A DNA stretch of 64,000 nt from Luteimonas sp. (GCA_035539095.1 DATLJE010000009.1:265071-329070); one strand, 5' to 3'. Shown: positions 26,517-36,639, numbered from the stretch's first letter. Notes: generated from the letters alone by a model not told the origin. Made by a program: numbers and translations.

Positions 26517-27101
26517 ATGAAGGTCACCAAAGCCCAAGCCCAGGCGAACCGCACCCGGATCGTCGAAACCGCCGCGCAGTTGTTCCGCGAGCGCGGGTAC
26601 GACGGCGTTGGCGTGGCCGAGTTGATGGCCGCGGCAGGCCTGACCCACGGCGGCTTCTACAAGCACTTCGGCTCCAAGGCCGACCTCATGGCCGAGGCGG
26701 CAGCCAGCGGCATTTCCCAGAATTCGGCAGTCAGCAGTGGCATGAACCTGGCCGACTTCATTGCGCACTACCTTTCGCGCGAGCACCGGGACTCCCTCGG
26801 CACTGGCTGCACGATTGCCGCCCTCAGTGGCGACGCCGCGCGCAAGCCCGAGGAGGTCAAGGCCAAGTTTGCCGTAGGGATTGAGAACAGCCTGGCGGCT
26901 TTCCATCATGGCGAGTCGTGCGGCAAACGCGACCGTCGAGCCGAAAGGGAAATGATGATCGCGACTTTTGCCAATGCGGTGGGTGCACTGGTGCTGTCGC
27001 GAGCCTGCCCGGACGATTCGCCGCTGGCCGACGAGATACTTGAGGTATGCCGCAAGCGATTGCTCGCGTCGTCGCCAGACAATGCGAAGCAGGAACAGTA
27101 G
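26517..27101 (+). CDS. TetR/AcrR-family transcriptional regulator
   Basis: AGGAGG Shine-Dalgarno sequence. N-terminal HTH RIVETAAQLFRERGYDGVGVAELMAAAGLTHGGFYKHFGSK. Confidence 0.9.
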   Translation: MKVTKAQAQANRTRIVETAAQLFRERGYDGVGVAELMAAAGLTHGGFYKHFGSKADLMAEAAASGISQNSAVSSGMNLADFIAHYLSREHRDSLGTGCTIAALSGDAARKPEEVKAKFAVGIENSLAAFHHGESCGKRDRRAEREMMIATFANAVGALVLSRACPDDSPLADEILEVCRKRLLASSPDNAKQEQ

Positions 27102-27205
27102 CTTGATGCTTGAACGAGCCTAAGCGGTGCAATGCGATCCAAGGGCGTGCAGTGCCGGGGATTTTCATGGGTCCGCTCCCGACCTACTGCCGTATGGCGG
27201 ATAGT

Positions 27206-28483
27206 TCATATCGAACGATGGTCATGCGCCACAGCCAACGCTTCTTCTTTCGGTAGTCCAGCTTCACCTGCGAATTCCGGCCAACGTCCAACCGCCTCGC
27301 GCACCCGCGCCAGCGCCTCGCGCGCGCCGACCACGCCGAAACGTTTCGCCACCGCCATCAGGTCGTCGCGCGTGATGCCGTCGAACTTGCCGTTGACGCC
27401 CATCAGGTGCTGGTAGGTCCACTCGCCGTTCGGGTTGTGGGCGTGGGTGACGTCGAAGGCGGGGGCGAGTTGCCAGCGGCCGCCCTGCTTCAGCAGGAAG
27501 GCGTGGTTCTTGGTGTGGTCGTCGCAGTTGCGCGCCATCACGTTGAAGGCCATGCGGCGGAAGACCTCGGTCATCGCGTCGTCGCCGAGCCCGAGCTGCT
27601 GCACCACCAGGAACAGCTGCTCGTAGGCATGCGTGGCGCGCTGGTTGTAGTCCAGGTGCTGCATCGCGCACAGCGATTGCACGTGGTGCCTGCGGTCGCC
27701 GTCGCGGTCGAAGCGGCGGGTCATGAAGTGGGCGCGGCCGTTCTCCTCCAGCAGGCGGCAGGGCTCCATCGCGATGCCGGCGGCGCGCGCCATCAGGTGG
27801 TAGGCGTATTCGATGCGGCCGTAATCGGCGCCGGCGCCGAGCTCCAAGTCCTGGCCGACGCCGTCGAACTTGAGCAGCCAGTGCTCGAAGCCGGGCGCGG
27901 CGTCGAACTGGCCGCTGCGCAGCTCTCCCGTTTCCTGGTTCCACGCCACCACCGCCTTGGCGCGCGCGCCGCCGGCCGAGGTGCCGACGCGGATGATGTT
28001 GGCCAGCGCGGCCTGCGCGTGCGCGTCGTCGGACAGGTCGCCCTGGATCACGCTGCGCGCGGCCTCGACCAGCGACTTCATCTGCAGCGGCTCGGCGCTC
28101 TCGCTGTGCGAGCCGCGCGCGGGGCGGAACTCGAGCGCGCCCATGCCGCGCCTGCCCATGTAGGCCAGGCGGTCGAGCGCGGTGACGGCGTCGGGCGCGA
28201 CGCCGTGGCGCGCCATCCACGCGTCGATCAGGGCGTTGCCGAACGCGTCGGGCAGGGCGTCGGCGAGCAGCCCGGGCAGGCCGCGGAAGCTCGCGCGCGG
28301 CAGTTCGGGGAACAGGAACACCGGCTCGGCCGCGTCGGTGGGCATGGTGAGCGGCGCAAGCTCGATGCCCTGGCGGCGCCAGGCCGGGTCGTATTCGAAG
28401 GCGTGGCAGCCGGCCTGCGGGTCGGGCGCCACCGCACCGACGCGCTGGCCCCAGATGCGGACCTCGATGACCGGGGTGTCCAT
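27206..28483 (-). CDS. hipA: type II toxin-antitoxin system HipA-family kinase toxin
   Basis: N-terminal HipA coupling domain (LPGLLADALPDAFG) and C-terminal kinase core (NCDDHTKNHAFLL). Confidence 0.9.
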   Translation of the reverse strand: MDTPVIEVRIWGQRVGAVAPDPQAGCHAFEYDPAWRRQGIELAPLTMPTDAAEPVFLFPELPRASFRGLPGLLADALPDAFGNALIDAWMARHGVAPDAVTALDRLAYMGRRGMGALEFRPARGSHSESAEPLQMKSLVEAARSVIQGDLSDDAHAQAALANIIRVGTSAGGARAKAVVAWNQETGELRSGQFDAAPGFEHWLLKFDGVGQDLELGAGADYGRIEYAYHLMARAAGIAMEPCRLLEENGRAHFMTRRFDRDGDRRHHVQSLCAMQHLDYNQRATHAYEQLFLVVQQLGLGDDAMTEVFRRMAFNVMARNCDDHTKNHAFLLKQGGRWQLAPAFDVTHAHNPNGEWTYQHLMGVNGKFDGITRDDLMAVAKRFGVVGAREALARVREAVGRWPEFAGEAGLPKEEALAVAHDHRSI

Positions 28484-28514
28484 GGCCGGGTGGCGGCGGC
28501 GAAACCGGTCCGCG

Positions 28515-28835
28515 CTACTTCGCCGTCGCGGCCTTGCGGCGCGGGCGGCCGACGCGGCGGCGCTCCGGCCGGCGGCGCAGCAGAGCCATCGGGCTGACCG
28601 AGGCGACAGGCGCCAGCAGGTCCAGCCAGTCGAGTCGGTCGAGCGCGCGCAGCACCTGCAGCAGGGTCGACAGGCTCGAACCGCGCCCGGCCTCGAGGTT
28701 GCGCAACGCCTTCTCGGAGATGCCGGCCTTGTCGGCCAGGGTGAGCTGGTCGAGGTCGCGGGCCAGGCGCAGGCGACGGAGCTGGTCGCCCAGCTGGGCC
28801 TGGAGATCCTCGGTCGAAGCAGTCTGGGGATTCAT
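28515..28835 (-). CDS. hipB: XRE-family HTH antitoxin (HipB-like) with basic C-terminal tail
   Basis: LRRLRLARDLDQLTLADKAGISEKALRNLEAG HTH. Directly upstream of hipA. Confidence 0.8.
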   Translation of the reverse strand: MNPQTASTEDLQAQLGDQLRRLRLARDLDQLTLADKAGISEKALRNLEAGRGSSLSTLLQVLRALDRLDWLDLLAPVASVSPMALLRRRPERRRVGRPRRKAATAK

Positions 28836-29045
28836 GGGTGGAAACCTGCCGTTTGGAGGCCATGGGGCACGGATACGGTCGAATTATACCGCTAGTAGCG
28901 TGATGATGTGTCGGCTATAACCGGCCTGTATCTACCGATATCGATCAATCTGACCGGGAACGATCGGAATCGACCGCTGGTGGCGGAGGGGTGGCCGCCG
29001 GGCCGGTCTCGGTGAGGCGGGTGAAAGCCCGATCCGGGCCGCGCG

Positions 29046-29519
29046 TCAGGCCAGGCTCCGCTCGGCGGCCGGCTGCGGCCGCGCATCCACGGCCGCCGGT
29101 GCGGCCGGTACCGGCGCGGCGCAGGGCAGCGACGGGGCGGTGCCTGCGGACGGGCCGTTCCGCCGCAGGTGCGCCAGGCCCCAGAGGCGGACGCTTTCGA
29201 CCAGCGTCAGCAGCGTGCCGCCGTAGGGGCTGAGCCGGTAATGCACCGGCGCCGGCACCGGGCCGCTGGACAGCCGTTCCACCAGTCCATCGGCCTCGAG
29301 CTCGCGCAGCTGCTCGGTCAGCACCTTGTGCGAGATCGGCGCGACGCGGCGCAGCAGGCCGGAGAAATGGTGTTCGTCGTGCGCCAGCCAGTAGACGATC
29401 GTCAGCTTCCACTTGCCGCCGATCGCGGCGAACGCGGCGGCCAGCGGGCAGTCCGCCAGCGGGCTGGTCCGCGCGGGGCGGCGGCACGCACCTGCGGGTG
29501 CGTTCTTGTCGCGCGACAT
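29046..29519 (-). CDS. HxlR-family transcriptional regulator with Ala/Pro-rich C-terminal tail
   Basis: ATG at 29519. CPLAAAFAAIGGKWKLTIVYWL...RLSPYGGTL winged-helix signature. Confidence 0.85.
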   Translation of the reverse strand: MSRDKNAPAGACRRPARTSPLADCPLAAAFAAIGGKWKLTIVYWLAHDEHHFSGLLRRVAPISHKVLTEQLRELEADGLVERLSSGPVPAPVHYRLSPYGGTLLTLVESVRLWGLAHLRRNGPSAGTAPSLPCAAPVPAAPAAVDARPQPAAERSLA

Positions 29520-29564
29520 GCAGGCCTCCAGGCTTGCCACGGGTCGTTGCCGATGGAGCATGCC

Positions 29565-30158
29565 ATGCGCGTTCGCGGTTCCGTTTTCCTCGCTGGCGTT
29601 TTCGCCGTCGCGCCGACGCTGGCGCCGGCAACGGCACCGGCTGCACCGGCCGCGGCGCAGGCGCCGGCGGACGCGCCGCGGGCCGCGCCGCGCGACGGCA
29701 GCCGGGACTTCGATTTCGAGATCGGCACCTGGAAGACGCAGCTCAGGCGCCTCGTGCGCCCGCTGTCGGGCTCGACGCAATGGGCCGAGTACGCAGGCAC
29801 CACCACCGTGCGCAAGGTCTGGGGCGGCCGCGCCAACCTGGTCGAGCTGGTCGCCGACGGCCCGGAAGGGCATTTCGAAGGCCTGAACCTGCGGCTGTAC
29901 CACCCCGCCTCGGGCCAGTGGAGCCTCAACTTCGCCAACGCGCGCACCGGGGTGCTGGCGCCGCCCACCATCGGTGGCTTCAGGGACGGCCGCGGGGAGT
30001 TCTACAACCAGGAGGACTTCGACGGCCGCGCCGTGCTGGTGCGCTTCGTCATCACGCCGCTGGACGGGGACACGATCCGCTTCGAGCAGGCGTTTTCCGA
30101 CGACGGCGGCCGGACGTGGGAAGTGAACTGGATCGCGACCGACACCCGGGTGCGTTGA
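29565..30158 (+). CDS. secreted protein of unknown function
   Basis: Signal-peptide-like MRVRGSVFLAGVFAVAPTLAPA (ATG at 29565 or 29553). Divergent from the HxlR gene. Confidence 0.65.
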   Translation: MRVRGSVFLAGVFAVAPTLAPATAPAAPAAAQAPADAPRAAPRDGSRDFDFEIGTWKTQLRRLVRPLSGSTQWAEYAGTTTVRKVWGGRANLVELVADGPEGHFEGLNLRLYHPASGQWSLNFANARTGVLAPPTIGGFRDGRGEFYNQEDFDGRAVLVRFVITPLDGDTIRFEQAFSDDGGRTWEVNWIATDTRVR

Positions 30159-30257
30159 GTCGATCCGGCGCGGCAACTCCTCCCGGCCCGCGCCCGCCTT
30201 CGCGGGGGAAGGAACGGATGGCTGCTATCGTCGCCGCTCGCAGCCGAGCGGAGCCCG

Positions 30258-32963
30258 ATGAGCACCTACGCGCTCAAGTCCGTGTTCGCGCCGGCCTCGG
30301 TCGCGGTGGTCGGGGCCAGCCCGCGCGAACGTTCGCTCGGGCGGCTGGTGCTGCGACAGCTGCGCGAGGGCGGTTTCGCGGGGCCGGTCGGACTGGTGAA
30401 CCCGCACTACCGCGAGATCGACGGCATGGCCGCGGCGCCGCGGCTGGATGCGCTCGGCTTCGCGCCGGAGCTGGTGGTGGTAGCCGCGCCGCCGCAGGAC
30501 GTGGCCGGCGTCGCGGCGGATGCCGCCGACTGCGGCGCGAAGGCGGCGATCGTGCTCACCCGCGGCATGGGCGCGGGGCCGGGATCGCACAACGCGGCGC
30601 TGGAGGCGGCCACGCGGCCGCGCGGGCTGCGGATCGTCGGGCCAAACTGCCTGGGCGTGATCGCGCCGCACGCGCGGTTGTTCGCCAGCTTCGCCGCGCA
30701 CCGGCCGCTGGCCGGCGACCTCGCGCTGGTCTCGCAGTCCGGCGCGGTGGCGGCGGGCGTGCTGGAGTGGGCACACGCGCACGGCGTCGGCTTCTCGGCG
30801 GTGGCTGCGCTGGGCGACGCGCTCGACGTCGACTTCGCCGACCTGCTGGACTTCTTCGCCGTCGACCATCGCACGCGCGCGATCCTGCTCTACCTCGAGC
30901 ACGTGCGCGACGCGCGCAAGTTCCTCTCGGCCGCGCGCGCGGCGGCGCGCGGCAAGCCGGTGGTGGTGGTCAAGCCCGGCCGCCACGCCCGCGCCGCCGC
31001 CGGCGCGGCCACGCACACCGCGCGCCTGGCCACGCCCGACGCCGCCTACGACGCCGCGTTCCGCCGCGCCGGCCTGCTGCGCGTGCATGCGCTCGACGAA
31101 CTGTTCGCCGCGGCGCAGACGCTGTCGCACCTGGGCGACGCGCCGGGCAACCGGCTGGCGGTGCTGACCAACGGCGCCGGCACCGGCATGCTCGCGCTCG
31201 ACCGGCTGGTGGACCTGGGCGGGGTGCCGGCGACGCTGTCGGAACCGACGCTCGAAGCCCTCGATGCGGCGTTCACGCGCGGCTGGTCGCGCGCCAACCC
31301 GGTCGACATGCTCGGCGACGCCGACGGCGCGCGTTACCAGGCGGGGATGGAGGCGCTGCTCGCCGACCGCGGCAACGATGCGGTGCTGGCGTTGCAGGTG
31401 CCCACCGTGCTCTCGCAGCCCGGCGAAACCGCGGAGGCGGTGGTGCGCGCGCTGGCCACGCAGCCGCGCGGCCGCGGGCGCAAGCCGGTGCTGGCGGTGT
31501 GGGTCGGCGGCGACGCCGGCGCGACCGCGACGCTCGCGGCCGCGGGCCTGCCGACCTACGCCAGCGAGGCCGAGGCCGTGCGCGGCTTCATGTACCTGGT
31601 GCGCCACCGCGAGGCCCGGCAGGCGCTGATGGAAACGCCGCCGAGCCTGCCGCAGGACTTCACCGTCGACAGCGCCGCCGCGCAGGCGGTGGTGGCCGAT
31701 GCGCTGGCGCACGGGCACGAGTGGCTGCCGCCCGCCGCGGTGGCGCGGCTGCTCGCGGCCTACGGCATCCCGCTGCTGCCCTCGCTGCCGGCCTTCGACG
31801 CCGTCGACGCCGCGCGCGTCGCCGCGCCGATGCTCGCCGGCGGCGGCACGGTCGCGGTGAAGGTGTTCTCGCCCGACATCACCCACAAGTCCGACGTCGA
31901 CGGCGTGCGCCTGAACCTGGGCAGCGAGGCGGCGGTGCGCGAGGCCGCCGACGGCATCCTGCGGCGCGCGCGCGAACGCCGCCCGGACGCGCGCATCGAC
32001 GGCGTGCTGGTGCAGCCGATGGCCAGGCGGCCGAAGGCGCGCGAGGTGATCGCGGGCATCGCCGACGACGCCACGTTCGGCCCGGTGGTGGTGTTCGGGC
32101 GCGGCGGCACCGCGGTGGAGGTGATCGACGACAAGGCGCTGGCGCTGCCGCCGCTGGACCTGCGGCTGGCGCACGAGCTGGTCGGCCGCACCCGCGTCGC
32201 GCGGATCCTCGGCGCCTACCGCGACGTGCCGGCCGCCGACGAGCGCGCGCTGGCGCTGGTGCTGGTCAAGCTTGCGCAGCTGGCGGCCGACATCCCGGCG
32301 TTGCGCGAGCTCGACATCAACCCGCTGCTGGTGGACGCCGACGGCGTGGTCGCGATCGACGCGCGGGTGGCGGTGGCGCCCTCGCGCCCGCTGCACCGCG
32401 GCCGCGGCCACCCGCGCTTCGCGATCTTCCCGTATCCGAAGGAGTGGGAGCGCGCGCTCGCGCTCGCCGACGGCCGCGAGGTGTTCGTGCGCCCGGTGCG
32501 GCCGGAGGACGATGCAATGTTCCGCGCGTTCTTCGCGAAGGTCAGCGCCGAGGACCTGCGGCTGCGCTTCTTCATGGCGGTGCGCGACTTCAGCCACGAC
32601 TTCATCGCCCGGCTGGTGCAGCTCGACTACGCGCGCTCGATGGCGCTGGTGGCGATCGACCCTGCCGGCGGCGAGATGCTCGGCGCGGTGCGGCTGCTGG
32701 CCGACGCCGACTACGACCGCGGCGAATACGGGATCATGGTGCGCTCCGACCTAAAGGGCGCGGGCCTGGGCTGGCAGCTGATGCGGATGATGGTCGAGGT
32801 CGCGCACTGGCTCGGCCTGCGGGCGGTCGAGGGCCAGGTGCTGCGCGAGAACAGCACGATGCTGTCGATGTGCCGGCAGATGGGGTTCGAGGTCGCACCG
32901 GATCCGGACGACGCCACGCTGATGCGGGTGGTGCTGCCGGTGGGGAGTGGCGCGGCGGGGTGA
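30258..32963 (+). CDS. bifunctional acyl-CoA synthetase (NDP-forming)-like / GNAT protein acetyltransferase (Pat/YfiQ type)
   Basis: N-terminal CoA-binding fold (SVAVVGAS), ATP-grasp middle region, C-terminal GNAT (RSDLKGAGLGWQLMRMMVE). Confidence 0.88.
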   Translation: MSTYALKSVFAPASVAVVGASPRERSLGRLVLRQLREGGFAGPVGLVNPHYREIDGMAAAPRLDALGFAPELVVVAAPPQDVAGVAADAADCGAKAAIVLTRGMGAGPGSHNAALEAATRPRGLRIVGPNCLGVIAPHARLFASFAAHRPLAGDLALVSQSGAVAAGVLEWAHAHGVGFSAVAALGDALDVDFADLLDFFAVDHRTRAILLYLEHVRDARKFLSAARAAARGKPVVVVKPGRHARAAAGAATHTARLATPDAAYDAAFRRAGLLRVHALDELFAAAQTLSHLGDAPGNRLAVLTNGAGTGMLALDRLVDLGGVPATLSEPTLEALDAAFTRGWSRANPVDMLGDADGARYQAGMEALLADRGNDAVLALQVPTVLSQPGETAEAVVRALATQPRGRGRKPVLAVWVGGDAGATATLAAAGLPTYASEAEAVRGFMYLVRHREARQALMETPPSLPQDFTVDSAAAQAVVADALAHGHEWLPPAAVARLLAAYGIPLLPSLPAFDAVDAARVAAPMLAGGGTVAVKVFSPDITHKSDVDGVRLNLGSEAAVREAADGILRRARERRPDARIDGVLVQPMARRPKAREVIAGIADDATFGPVVVFGRGGTAVEVIDDKALALPPLDLRLAHELVGRTRVARILGAYRDVPAADERALALVLVKLAQLAADIPALRELDINPLLVDADGVVAIDARVAVAPSRPLHRGRGHPRFAIFPYPKEWERALALADGREVFVRPVRPEDDAMFRAFFAKVSAEDLRLRFFMAVRDFSHDFIARLVQLDYARSMALVAIDPAGGEMLGAVRLLADADYDRGEYGIMVRSDLKGAGLGWQLMRMMVEVAHWLGLRAVEGQVLRENSTMLSMCRQMGFEVAPDPDDATLMRVVLPVGSGAAG

Positions 32964-33000
32964 GGATGGCCACAGCCCTGGCCGCGAAGGAACGCGAAGG

Positions 33001-33074
33001 CTGTCATCCCGAGCGCAGCGAGGGATCTCGGCCTGCGCGCGAAACAGGATCCCTCGCTGCGCTCGGGATGACAG
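33001..33074. repeat. REP-like palindrome (ctgtcatcccgagcgcagcgagggatc family)
   Basis: Inverted arms read directly between the Pat-type gene and dinB. Confidence 0.8.
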
Positions 33075-33146
33075 GCGGACGGTCGCGGCAGGCATCGTCC
33101 CTGCATGGCAACACGGGTGCCCTGCCCGACGCGCGATAATCGCCGC

Positions 33147-34391
33147 ATGCGCAAGATCCTCCACATCGACATGGACGCGTTCTACGCGTCGGTCGAGCAG
33201 CGCGACGACCCGTCGCTGCGCGGGCGGCCGGTGGTGGTGGCCTGGCGCGGCGCGCGCTCGGTGGTGTGCGCGGCCAGCTACGAGGCGCGCGTGTTCGGCG
33301 TGCGCTCGGCGATGCCGGCGGCGCGCGCGGAGCGGTTGTGCCCGGACGCGGTGTTCGTGCCGCCGGACTTCACGCGCTACAAGGCGGTCTCGCGCCAGGT
33401 GCGCGCGATCTTCCTGCGCCACACCGACCTGGTCGAGCCGCTGTCGCTGGACGAGGCCTACCTCGACGTCACCGCGCCGAAGATCGCATCACCCAGCGCC
33501 ACCGCGACCGCGCAGGCGATCCGCGCCCAGATCCGCGAGGAAACCGCGCTCACCGCGTCCGCCGGCGTCGCGCCGAACAAGTTCATCGCCAAGATCGCCT
33601 CGGACTGGAACAAGCCCGATGGCCTGTTCGTGGTCAAGCCGGCGCAGGTGCAGGCTTTCCTCACGCCGTTGCCGGTGGGCAAGATCCCGGGCGTGGGCAA
33701 GGTGATGGAGAAGAAGCTGGCGCAGCTGGGCATCGCCACCGTCGGCGACGTGCGCAGCTTCCACGCGGAGGAGCTGCAGTCGCGCTTCGGCAGCTTCGGT
33801 GCGCGCCTGCACCAGCGCGCGCGCGGCATCGACGAGCGGCCGGTGGAGCCGGACCAGCCGGTGCAGTCGATCTCTGCCGAGGACACCTTCGAACGCGACC
33901 TGCCGCTGTACGGCTTCGAAGCCGACATCCGCCGCCTCGCCGAGAAGACCTGGCTCGCCACGCGCAGGACGCAGCGCGTCGGACGCACCGTGGTGCTCAA
34001 ACTCAAGACCGCGCAGTTCCGCATCCTCACCCGCAGCTTCACGCCCGAGTCGCCGCCGGCCTCGATCGAGGAGCTGGCGCGGATCGCGCTGGCGCTGCGC
34101 GACCGCGTCGACCTGCCCGGGTCGACCCGCTACCGGCTGGTGGGCGTGGGCCTGTCCGGGTTCCGCGAGCGCGAAGGGCTCGAGTGGCAGGGCAGCCTGT
34201 TCGGCGAAGGCGCAGGCGCAGGCGAAGGTGAAGTTGAAACCGAAGTCGGAACCGAAGGTGGGTTCGGGGCCGACGGCGAAGGCGCGGGAAGCAGCGAAAG
34301 CGAACGAGCCGGCGAGGACGCGGGCGAAGGCGATCCGTCGCCGCAGGATGCGCCGCACCGCGCGGAAGCGGCTTCAGCCACCCGCCCTTGA
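33147..34391 (+). CDS. dinB: DNA polymerase IV with Gly/Glu-rich C-terminal extension
   Basis: ATG at 33147 (MRKILHIDMDAFYASVEQRDDP), SLDEAYLDV, GVAPNKFIAKIASD. Confidence 0.93.
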   Translation: MRKILHIDMDAFYASVEQRDDPSLRGRPVVVAWRGARSVVCAASYEARVFGVRSAMPAARAERLCPDAVFVPPDFTRYKAVSRQVRAIFLRHTDLVEPLSLDEAYLDVTAPKIASPSATATAQAIRAQIREETALTASAGVAPNKFIAKIASDWNKPDGLFVVKPAQVQAFLTPLPVGKIPGVGKVMEKKLAQLGIATVGDVRSFHAEELQSRFGSFGARLHQRARGIDERPVEPDQPVQSISAEDTFERDLPLYGFEADIRRLAEKTWLATRRTQRVGRTVVLKLKTAQFRILTRSFTPESPPASIEELARIALALRDRVDLPGSTRYRLVGVGLSGFREREGLEWQGSLFGEGAGAGEGEVETEVGTEGGFGADGEGAGSSESERAGEDAGEGDPSPQDAPHRAEAASATRP

Positions 34392-34428
34392 TCTCGTGGG
34401 AGCGGCTCCGGTCCCGCGCACCTGCTTT

Positions 34429-34542
34429 TGTGGAGCGGCTTCAGCCGCGAGCTTCTGCCGCGGGTGGACGGCGATCATCGGCAAGGCGCGTGAGACCAGT
34501 CGCCCACTGCATCAAGAGCTCGCGGCTGAAGCCGCTTCCACA
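34429..34542. repeat. REP-like element (tgtggagcggcttcagccgcgagc ... gctcgcggctgaagccgcttccaca), with a half copy at 34394-34412
   Basis: Arms separated by a 65-bp spacer between dinB and btuB. Confidence 0.7.
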
Positions 34543-34591
34543 GGGGATTCCCACAGGGGATTAAAGGGATTGCCCGGCACGCGGAGCCCCG

Positions 34592-36490
34592 TCAGCGCAC
34601 CGGCGCCCAGCGCAACGCCAGCCCGAACTCGCGTCCCGGTTGCTCGTACCAGGCGATGGTTTCGTAGTCGCGGTCGAAGGCGTTGTCGACGCGCGCCTCC
34701 AGCGTCCAGGCCCTCGCGAAGGCGTACGACGCGCGCAGGTCGAAGGTCGCATACCCGCCAAGGCGCACGAGGTTGGCTGCATCGTCGTAGCGATGCCCCG
34801 CGGCGTTGAGCGTGGCGCCCAGGCGCAGCTTGCCGAACGCGCGGTCGAGCGCGATGCGCGCGGTGTCGCGCGCACGACGCGCCAGCAGGCGGTCATGGTT
34901 GCCGTTGTCGCTGCCATCGGGATTGTGCCGCGTGCGGTTGCGCGGGTCGGTATGCGACAGCCGCGTCGACAGGTCCCAGCCGGCGAGCGTGGTGTCGAGC
35001 GCGAACTCGACGCCGCGGATGCGCGCGCGGTCGATGTTGTTGGGCAGGAAGATCGACGAATCGTAGGAGATCAGGTCGTCGACGCGCGTCTGGTAGGCAT
35101 CGAGCGTCCAGCTGTAGCGCTGCGTGTAGCGCGCGATCCCGGCGTTGACGCCCTTCGACGCCTCCGGGCGCAGGTCCGGCTTGCCGAAGAACGGGTAGTA
35201 CAGGTCGTTGAAGGTGGGCGCCTTGAAGCCGGTGGCGTAACTGGCGTTCACGCGGTAGCCGTCGCCGAAGGACAGGCCCCAGCCGAGGCTGCCGGTGGCG
35301 TGGTCGCCGAACTGCTCGTTGTCGTCGTTGCGCAGGCTGGCCTGCAGCCGGTGCGCGCCGAACGTGCCCTGGTATTCGACGAACACGCCGGTGTTGTCGC
35401 GCTGCGTGACGTCGAAGGCGGTGTCGCTCTCCACCGCGTCGCGCTCGCGGTCGGCGCCGGCGCTGAGCAGCTGGCCCGCGGCCAGGCCGAAGTCGGCCTG
35501 GATCGAGGCGGTGGTGCGGCTGGTGTCGAAGTGGCCGACGCGGGCGTGGCCACCGGCGTGGTCGTCGAAGAAGTTCTCCGAGCGGTCGTCGTTGCGCCCG
35601 GCCTGCGCGGTCACCGCGACGCGTTCGGACGGCGTCCACGCGAGCTTGCCGCCCAGCACCTGCTGCACGTTCTCCGCGACGTTGCCACCGAAGATGCTGC
35701 CGTCGAATTCGTTGCGCGACTGCGCGCGCAGCGCGTTGGCCTGCAGCTCGAGCGTGTCGCCCACCTCCACGCCCCCGCGCAGGTTGAGCGAGGCGTTGCG
35801 ATAGCCGTCGCGGTCGGGCTCGTCGACGAAGCAGCCGGCGCCGAACGGCGCGCCCGGCGCCGAGGCGGTGCCGCGGCAGGCATTGATGCCATCGGTGCGC
35901 TGCCAGGCCACGTCGGCGCCGAACCATCCGCGCTCGCCGCCGCCGCCGATGCCGCCGCTGGCCTCCTGCAGGCCGTGGCTGCCCACGCCCAGGCGCAGGC
36001 GCGGGGTGAACGCGCCTTCGTCGTGGCGGGTGAAGATCTGGATCACGCCGCCGATCGCCTCGGAGCCGTACAGGCTCGAGCGCGGCCCGCGCACGATCTC
36101 GACGCGGTCGATCTGGTCGACGGGAATGTCCTGGAACGCGGCGAGCCCGGCGGTGACCGAGCCCACGCGCACGCCGTCGACCAGCACCAGCACGTGGTCG
36201 GACTCGCTGCCGCGCAGGAACACGGTGCTGTTCTTGCCGATCCCGCCCTGGTTGCCGATGTCGATGCCGGCGCGGCCGCGCAGCAGCGCCGGCAGGCTGC
36301 GCGCCTGGCTGCGCACGATCTCGTCGTGGTCGATCACCTCGACCGGGAACAGGCTGTCGGCCAGCCGCACCTGGGTGCGGGTGGCGGTGACGACGACTTC
36401 GTCGAGGTCGGTGGCATCGGCCGCGGCGGACGCGATCGTGGGGACGGACAGGCTGGCGCCGATGGCCAGGAAGAGCAGGCGGAATCGCAT
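34592..36490 (-). CDS. btuB: TonB-dependent vitamin B12 receptor
   Basis: ATG at 36490. Signal peptide, TonB box DEVVVTATR, plug domain, C-terminal beta-barrel ending in an aromatic residue. Cobalamin riboswitch upstream. Confidence 0.9.
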   Translation of the reverse strand: MRFRLLFLAIGASLSVPTIASAAADATDLDEVVVTATRTQVRLADSLFPVEVIDHDEIVRSQARSLPALLRGRAGIDIGNQGGIGKNSTVFLRGSESDHVLVLVDGVRVGSVTAGLAAFQDIPVDQIDRVEIVRGPRSSLYGSEAIGGVIQIFTRHDEGAFTPRLRLGVGSHGLQEASGGIGGGGERGWFGADVAWQRTDGINACRGTASAPGAPFGAGCFVDEPDRDGYRNASLNLRGGVEVGDTLELQANALRAQSRNEFDGSIFGGNVAENVQQVLGGKLAWTPSERVAVTAQAGRNDDRSENFFDDHAGGHARVGHFDTSRTTASIQADFGLAAGQLLSAGADRERDAVESDTAFDVTQRDNTGVFVEYQGTFGAHRLQASLRNDDNEQFGDHATGSLGWGLSFGDGYRVNASYATGFKAPTFNDLYYPFFGKPDLRPEASKGVNAGIARYTQRYSWTLDAYQTRVDDLISYDSSIFLPNNIDRARIRGVEFALDTTLAGWDLSTRLSHTDPRNRTRHNPDGSDNGNHDRLLARRARDTARIALDRAFGKLRLGATLNAAGHRYDDAANLVRLGGYATFDLRASYAFARAWTLEARVDNAFDRDYETIAWYEQPGREFGLALRWAPVR

Positions 36491-36639
36491 GGGTCGTTCT
36501 CCTTCGCGCGCACCCGCGCACGCGAATCGCTGGGATGGAATCGCGAAGGAGGAGGGATGGTGGCCGCGGGTCGGGCATGGAGCATGCGCCGGCATCGCCG
36601 CCGCAATGCCCGCCGCATCGCAATCGGTCAGGGTCGTGG

